Shown here: piece by piece, positions 58,881 through 64,000 of the stretch | How the letters are laid out: every line of letters starts with the position of its first letter | How positions within the stretch are numbered: the stretch's first letter is position 1 | NCBI GenBank assembly: GCA_041178185.1 | Contig: JBEGVS010000065.1 | Coordinates: 20,615-84,614 of the forward strand | DNA: 64,000 bases | Origin: Pseudomonadota bacterium | Lineage (GTDB): Bacteria; Bdellovibrionota_C; UBA2361; OMII01 | Direction of reading: 5' to 3' | The notes under the pieces: generated by a model | Told to the model about the DNA's origin: nothing | Database searches by the model: none | What the model saw: the letters and a program-made list of their open reading frames with translations, nothing else | Made by a program: the position numbers and the translations under genes

Positions 58881-59999
58881 ATGGCTGCACCATTCTACCA
58901 ACAACCACCCGCGGCGGTCGCTCCCGCAGATACCGAAAATGCATTACCAAGCCCAAATGTCGTTGTTCCCTTCGGCAGAGCCACTGCGATGGGCTTACAC
59001 AACATGAGCACTGACGTAGCTGGCACAACCAGCTCACTAGGCTCCCTTCATGCGGAATTCCGTCCCACCGCCTCGGATTTATCAGCCCTCTCCTTCGGAA
59101 GTTCACGAGTCAGTCGCACAAGCCCGATGGGACACCCATTTCTTGACTCTCACTCAACGCTAAAATTTTCTACCCTGGCACCGTGGGAGCGCTTGCTTCT
59201 AGAAGCAGGGGTTAACAAGGCGGATGCGGTCTTTGTCTTTAAACCGGGCAGCGAACAGGCCTCACTGAGAACAACCGATGACGTCTTTCAACAAGGCATG
59301 CATCTGGATCGTCAAGGACTGACATACAGCGTCCAAGGGGAACCGATCGGAGATCTTACGAACTGGATCATGGGTAACCGCGGAGAATTCTCGGCTCTGA
59401 CATTATGGACTAATGGGAGAGAGTACGCGTTAGCCCCTTCATATACCCTGAACGAAATCGCACCCGGAACATCCATGTCGGTGAGTTCTAACGTTGGAAG
59501 ATTCATGTCGATGACGGACGGTCTGACACCGCAGTTTAATCATATGCTCTCTGGAGATATACAAGATCCCTCCTCTGGAGCCGATGTTGCAAACGGTCGG
59601 TTGGTCATTAATTCCTACCGTATCTTCTCCCTCTCGGATGCAACCGTAACCCGCTTTGATTTTCGAGGAGAACAGCTAGACGCCTCCTTGCTCCTGGGAA
59701 CCGGATTACAGGGCTACAATTTTATCGCGCTGCGCGGCATCGGCCACCCCTACCAATCGGTGCTTCAGGGCGACGCTTTCTACCTGCAAAACAGCGAGGG
59801 ATCCTCGGGGATCGCCGGCTCTCTGAGTGTTTTTAGAGAGCTAGGTCCACAACGGGATCTCTACCGCATAAGCCTCGAAGGCTATCACCTCTTTCGCGGG
59901 GGACAGGAAGAGGCAAATCCCTTCTACGGGAGTGGGTTAGGAGGGCCGCAGGCGGACCCTCAGAGTGGGCTACGATTCTACCTCGAACTAAGACGCTGA
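58881..59999 (+). CDS. Hypothetical 372-aa protein, predicted beta-rich; no signal peptide recognised
   Basis: Long ORF; C-terminal half has alternating hydrophobic residues. Confidence 0.4.
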   Translation: MAAPFYQQPPAAVAPADTENALPSPNVVVPFGRATAMGLHNMSTDVAGTTSSLGSLHAEFRPTASDLSALSFGSSRVSRTSPMGHPFLDSHSTLKFSTLAPWERLLLEAGVNKADAVFVFKPGSEQASLRTTDDVFQQGMHLDRQGLTYSVQGEPIGDLTNWIMGNRGEFSALTLWTNGREYALAPSYTLNEIAPGTSMSVSSNVGRFMSMTDGLTPQFNHMLSGDIQDPSSGADVANGRLVINSYRIFSLSDATVTRFDFRGEQLDASLLLGTGLQGYNFIALRGIGHPYQSVLQGDAFYLQNSEGSSGIAGSLSVFRELGPQRDLYRISLEGYHLFRGGQEEANPFYGSGLGGPQADPQSGLRFYLELRR

Positions 60000-60316
60000 G
60001 CCTCCTCAAGGATTCCGACTAATACCCGCATAGCTCATCCCTGTTTGCGGACTCGGCCATCGCTCTATCGATGAGAACAGGCCGATGTTCATCGAGCGAA
60101 TCCGTTACCGGAAGAGTCTCGGGTAGCCTCGAAACGCCCTCTACTTACCTCGTCACGCATTTAGTCGAATAAAAACAAACGACTACTGCCCTTTTACCAA
60201 CCCCATCGTAAGTTTCCAGATTGACACTACGGATGAGCTCACTGTAGCTTAGTTAAAGATGCTTGTAGTAACTTCCCGCTAGTACTCGTTGTACACGGCT
60301 GTTCAGAGGTCCCCGG

Positions 60317-60829
60317 ATGAGTGTTCATATATTGGATCGTGAGTTCACCGCTAAGCAGGTTCAAGAGATCCTTCGAACCTTGACCGGCGGAGATGAAAAG
60401 ATCGGCCTCGCTCTCCTCAACTACTACGCTCGTACTAATCTCGTTCCTACAACCGGAAAGACCAAGAGCCGTGGTCGTCCAAAATATTCCTACCCTGACC
60501 TTATCCTCTTGTGCTGGCTGTTCCGCATGAAGCGAGAGGGGCTTCCGGTTAATCGTTTCCGAAGAGGTATCGATTACCTTCGGAAAAAGCTCCCCAAACT
60601 TCATAAAAATCCGAGCGACATGGTGCTGCTCACCGATAGCAAGCAGCTTTTCATAAAGCACCGCGTGCAAGACAAGGGTGAGATAGCCGAGGTGCTGACC
60701 GGTAAAAAAGCAGGGCAGTACGTATGGGCGTACGCGATAGGCTCCCTTATCGAAGAGGTCGATCGCATCATTCAGGAGCTCAAGGAGCCGGATGATGAAC
60801 CGCAGAACACTGACCAAGTGGCCGCGTAA
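60317..60829 (+). CDS. MerR-like HTH-domain protein, 170 aa
   Basis: LLNYYARTNLVP...RGRPKYSYPDLILLCWLFRMKREGLPV resembles the MerR pattern LRYYE..GLL...GYR.YS..DL..L.FI..LK..G. This frame was preferred over the overlapping antisense ORF 60239-60838. Confidence 0.45.
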   Translation: MSVHILDREFTAKQVQEILRTLTGGDEKIGLALLNYYARTNLVPTTGKTKSRGRPKYSYPDLILLCWLFRMKREGLPVNRFRRGIDYLRKKLPKLHKNPSDMVLLTDSKQLFIKHRVQDKGEIAEVLTGKKAGQYVWAYAIGSLIEEVDRIIQELKEPDDEPQNTDQVAA

Positions 60830-60926
60830 CGAACACAAGCGTTACCGCACACCGAGGGGGCCTTTCGAGGCCCTCTTTTTATGTGCTATGAGTGCGCAGA
60901 GAGTTAGAACAATCCCGGAGCGTACA

Positions 60927-61085
60927 TGAGTAAGTCAGGAACGGTAAAACAGATCTTTCAACTCATCTGGGAAAGGAAAGCGTGGTGGCTCATTCCGATG
61001 GTGGTCGTATTCCTCCTCGTCGGACTCCTGATCGTTACGACAGCGGGCAATCCTTTATCGCCCTTCATCTACGCACTCTTCTAAG
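60927..61085 (+). CDS. 52-aa single-pass membrane protein (MSKSGTVKQIFQLIWERKAWWLIPMVVVFLLVGLLIVTTAGNPLSPFIYALF). It is not in the ORF track, which appears to omit ORFs shorter than 60 aa.
   Basis: A GGAG ribosome-binding site lies 6 nt upstream of the ATG. It carries the conserved KxWWLxP...PFIYxLF pattern seen in small proteins such as SxtK/DUF5989 that accompany carbamoyltransferases. Confidence 0.5.
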
Positions 61086-61182
61086 GAGAACAAAGACGGT
61101 ATCGATAGCGGAACCAGTGGCCCTTTCTTCGGAGCTGGTTCCGCCGCATCGTAACGTTCTAGAGGTCAATAAGCTTCAGCTT

Positions 61183-61710
61183 CTATGAAGAGGGCGCAAC
61201 CACCTGAGGCACAGATTGTGCGCGCTTCGATGGGCGACCTCGGGGCTTCTTAACGACACCCAAGGCTCGCTCAGCTTTTTGACGCTCAATCTCCCTCGGC
61301 AACCGCCATCCTCCGGGCTTTGGCGCGTCGTCATCGCTAAAGAGAAGCTGATTCGAGCGCTCATAGTCTACGAGTGCTTGAACGAAGTCGGTCGTTGCTC
61401 GCAACGCATACTCACTCACAAAGAACTTAATGGAGCGAAACGAATGCGCTACCGCTCTCCGCAAATCGCGATCGACCGGGAACATGTTATCGCCGTTCTG
61501 CTCAAACGCCGACCGAAAACGATGGGCGAGCTCCTCGACGGTTGTCAGATCCTCCCAATCCATCATTTCGATAACACGATGCGCCTTGGTACGCTTCCCT
61601 TCCCTCAGCACAATGAACCTCGCGACAAAAGCTGTCCGTCGCGCACGAATAATTGCTCTATCTAACTCCTGCGGAGAAGATAGTCTCGTCTCAAGAACTT
61701 CCGTTTTCAT
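61183..61710 (-). CDS. Hypothetical 175-aa protein with a C-terminal basic tail similar to an AT-hook (KKPRGRPSKR)
   Basis: ORF with coding-like composition. The RGRP motif was read directly. Confidence 0.4.
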   Translation of the reverse strand: MKTEVLETRLSSPQELDRAIIRARRTAFVARFIVLREGKRTKAHRVIEMMDWEDLTTVEELAHRFRSAFEQNGDNMFPVDRDLRRAVAHSFRSIKFFVSEYALRATTDFVQALVDYERSNQLLFSDDDAPKPGGWRLPREIERQKAERALGVVKKPRGRPSKRAQSVPQVVAPSS

Positions 61711-61953
61711 AGTGACACCACTTCCGAACTACTAGAACTACATGAAGAACGATTCACCCAAATGGGGGTTGCCGCTCAAATATAGTTTCGGAACGCCAGC
61801 GAAGTTTCTTGAGAACTATTACGCAGCCATATTAAATATCCTCATTTCAATGAGTTAGGGCGCCGATCGTACGCTACTCCACCGAAACAACCGCGGGACT
61901 GAGAGAAGGGCGGCTTTCGTGACACCCGGGCAGAAGTCTGATGTAATCTGCCT

Positions 61954-63090
61954 ATGAGTCGGTTTCCCCATTTCCTTGCAGAATTTAAGCAGGTCCAACT
62001 GGCGATCCTTGTAGATGATCTTAGTACATCCAGGGCGGCACTCATCGCTCCAACAGAGGCCATCTCTGGTGAACAAGTCAATCGAATCCTCTCGATCTCA
62101 GGCGGCATAACCCTGGTAGCGATCTCACCTGAGCGCGCGGCAGCGTTTCTACTCTCCACCATGGCGCGACCATCAACAACGGACCACTCCATACTCCCCT
62201 CCTCTCGCACATCTCAATACGTATCGGTCGAGGCAAGAGAGGGTATCACTACCGGAATTAGCGCGGCTGACAGAGCCAAGACCCTTCAAATCTTGGGAGC
62301 AAAAGTGGCTCAACCTCGAGCCCTCGTAAAACCGGGCCACATCTTTCCAGTAGAGACACGATCAGGGGGCGTTTTGGTAAAAACCGCCATTCCAGAGGGA
62401 GCTCTAGATATCGTGAAGATGATAGGAGCAACGGATGCCGCTCTTTTTGTCGATCTCCTCGATACTCAGGGAGAGCTCATGAGCGAACAACAAGCGCAGG
62501 CGTGTGCCACCCGAGAACATCTTCCGATCGTGACGCTCTCCGAATTGATCCGATACCGACTGCAACAGGAATCTCTTGTTCAGCGTGTCGCTGAGGCGAC
62601 ACTACCGACAACACTGGCTGGTGAGGTTCGTGCGATCGTGTACCGTTCACACATTAGCGAGATTGAGCATGTTGCGCTTGTTAAGGGAGACGTCAAAGGA
62701 GATACTCCAGTAGTAGTACGTGTGCAAGCGGAACACACGGTGCCCGATGTTTTTGGAGGCAATGCTCCGGCAACCCGCTCTCATCTTCAGAACTCGTTGA
62801 AAGAGGTTGGGGAACGGGGCCGTGGAGTCTTGTTATACCTACGACGACCGTTCATGGACCCAAAGGGAAACTCTGTACAACATTTAAAGGATCCCCCTCC
62901 GTCACCGTCAGCGACGATCATGCGAGAATACGGGGTTGGAGCGCAAATTTTACGAGATCTCGGAGTTACCCACGTCGAACTACTGACCTCCTCAACGCAT
63001 CTCCTTGAGGGTCTACCAAGCTTCGGAATAACAGTCGTCGCACAACATCCAATCCCACACCATCTTCCTACCTCAGGACACACCGTATGA
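61954..63090 (+). CDS. Paralogue of RibBA (DHBP synthase + GTP cyclohydrolase II) with degenerate active sites in both domains. The GCH II domain has lost all three Zn-binding Cys residues.
   Basis: The RibB fold is conserved (TGISAADR, KPGHIFPV), but the catalytic DDEDRENEGD region reads DDLSTSRAALIA. In the GCHII domain RVHSECLTGD...RCDCG is replaced by RVQAEHTVPD...PATRS. Confidence 0.65.
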   Translation: MSRFPHFLAEFKQVQLAILVDDLSTSRAALIAPTEAISGEQVNRILSISGGITLVAISPERAAAFLLSTMARPSTTDHSILPSSRTSQYVSVEAREGITTGISAADRAKTLQILGAKVAQPRALVKPGHIFPVETRSGGVLVKTAIPEGALDIVKMIGATDAALFVDLLDTQGELMSEQQAQACATREHLPIVTLSELIRYRLQQESLVQRVAEATLPTTLAGEVRAIVYRSHISEIEHVALVKGDVKGDTPVVVRVQAEHTVPDVFGGNAPATRSHLQNSLKEVGERGRGVLLYLRRPFMDPKGNSVQHLKDPPPSPSATIMREYGVGAQILRDLGVTHVELLTSSTHLLEGLPSFGITVVAQHPIPHHLPTSGHTV

Positions 63091-64000
63091 GTGACATCAC
63101 CTTTGCAGACGTCGTTCACCAGTCAGTTTCATTTTCAAAGAGCGATCCGGCTGAAGCCCTCATTCTCAATTTAATCGACACCCGATGGTTTCAACGGTTA
63201 CGCGACATCAGCCAGACAGCGAACACCAAACTTGTGTACATGTTCTCCGAGCATTCCCGGTTCGGCCATTGCCTTGGGGTCGCCTACCTCGCAAAACTTG
63301 CCCTCAACAGACTCAGTAAGAACTTTCCAGAAGATGTGGCAGCCTATCGCCCTGCCATCCTCGTCGCCGCCCTTCTTCACGACATCGGACACCTTGCTCC
63401 CGGCTCCCATACCGCATTCAAGACATGGTTCCCGGGCCAACCGGATGTACATGAAGAGCTGGCCGAGATCGTCATTACAAAAGATCCGGAGATATCTACA
63501 CTCCTCCGCGAATTTGATCCGACCCTTGCCCAGACCACGCTGCACATCTTGGAGGAATCCGCCTCAGTTCCCCCTTGGACGTGGCAGATAATTTCCGGAG
63601 GGGGATGGAATGTTGACCGAGGCAATTGGTCAACCGTAGACAGCGTCCTCGCGGGTGTTAGTTACGGTAAATATAATATTCCTGCTCTCGTTGATTCCAT
63701 TCTCATCACGAACGACAAGCAGCTTGCGCTGATGGAGAACAGGCTCGATGCGATGCTGCACTTCATGGTGTCTCGCCACGCTATGTATCGGCAGATCTAT
63801 CAACATCGGGTACTACTCGCCGCCGACATGATCAATAAGGCAGTCGTACAACGAGCCCGAGATCTCGGAACCCAACTGGAATTCGCGGATGAGGTAATGC
63901 AACAGGCTCTCGCTGCGCGGACTGCTCATGAACTAACTCTCGAGATGATGTTCGAGATGCGTGAATCGTGGTGGCGTTACCACATGGCTCGCTGGAGTCG
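63087..64000 (+). CDS. HD-domain phosphohydrolase (dGTPase/SAMHD1-like), partial; it runs off the window end
   Basis: HD motif HSRFGHCLGVAYLA ... LLHDIGHLAPGSH. Its ATG overlaps the upstream stop in an ATGA arrangement. Confidence 0.65.
   Translation, partial: MSDITFADVVHQSVSFSKSDPAEALILNLIDTRWFQRLRDISQTANTKLVYMFSEHSRFGHCLGVAYLAKLALNRLSKNFPEDVAAYRPAILVAALLHDIGHLAPGSHTAFKTWFPGQPDVHEELAEIVITKDPEISTLLREFDPTLAQTTLHILEESASVPPWTWQIISGGGWNVDRGNWSTVDSVLAGVSYGKYNIPALVDSILITNDKQLALMENRLDAMLHFMVSRHAMYRQIYQHRVLLAADMINKAVVQRARDLGTQLEFADEVMQQALAARTAHELTLEMMFEMRESWWRYHMARWS

Noticed and set aside
60239-60838. 199-codon minus-strand ORF overlapping the MerR-like gene
   Set aside because: The plus-strand frame carries a recognisable MerR-like HTH pattern. 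The minus-strand frame has no motif and its Leu/Arg-rich composition is typical of antisense ORFs.
1-64000. CRISPR arrays, IS elements/transposases, integrases, rRNA
   Set aside because: No regularly spaced direct repeats, no DDE or tyrosine/serine recombinase-like ORFs, and no rRNA-like segments were seen. The island-like cassettes have no visible mobility genes.

Overview
This is a high-GC (~58-60%) chromosomal segment from a Gram-negative-type bacterium. Lipobox lipoproteins and a beta-barrel protein ending in Phe support that call. Housekeeping genes (dnaB, lepA, gnd, dapF, argC/argB/argJ, rlmC-like, yebC) are interleaved with an unusually dense set of nucleotide-sugar pathways.

- **Arabinose donor operon.** A polyprenyl-phospho-D-arabinofuranose (DPA-like) operon carries DprE1 and DprE2 homologues plus a HAD-phosphatase::UbiA-prenyltransferase fusion.
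- **Other sugar genes.** GDP-L-fucose synthase (fcl) and a UDP-glucose dehydrogenase/UDP-xylose synthase pair (ugd-uxs).
- **Pseudaminic acid locus (~11 kb).** It encodes pseB, pseC, pseF, pseG, pseH and pseI. It also carries a sugar N-formyltransferase, a LmbE-type deacetylase, a Pse-associated methylase, and a 740-aa KpsS/KpsC-family (Capsule_synth) protein that is the best candidate pseudaminyltransferase.
- **Variable locus downstream of pseB.** Two different cargo cassettes sit in tandem. One carries an aldo/keto reductase and a class-III aminotransferase. The other is lower in GC and carries a methyltransferase, a RibD-C-like reductase, an SDR, an unknown protein and a tandem-Lrp regulator. 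Each cassette is bounded by diverged copies of the pseB 3' end and the mntH (NRAMP) 3' end. This leaves a chimeric pseB-tail/mntH-tail scar at 51.89-52.13 kb.

Other notable points:

- argC carries an in-frame TGA, and a GNAT gene remnant sits upstream of it.
- A ribBA paralogue has lost the catalytic and zinc residues of both domains and is start/stop-coupled to an HD-phosphohydrolase gene.
- An L,D-transpeptidase-like lipoprotein lacks the catalytic Cys.
- An NYN-domain gene is paired with a 671-aa protein of unknown function.
- A Ser/Thr kinase-CHASE2 fusion is divergent from an 1148-aa FecR-TPR-beta-barrel protein.
- A 52-aa membrane protein is missing from the ORF track.

No rRNA, intact tRNA, CRISPR array, transposase or integrase was recognised.
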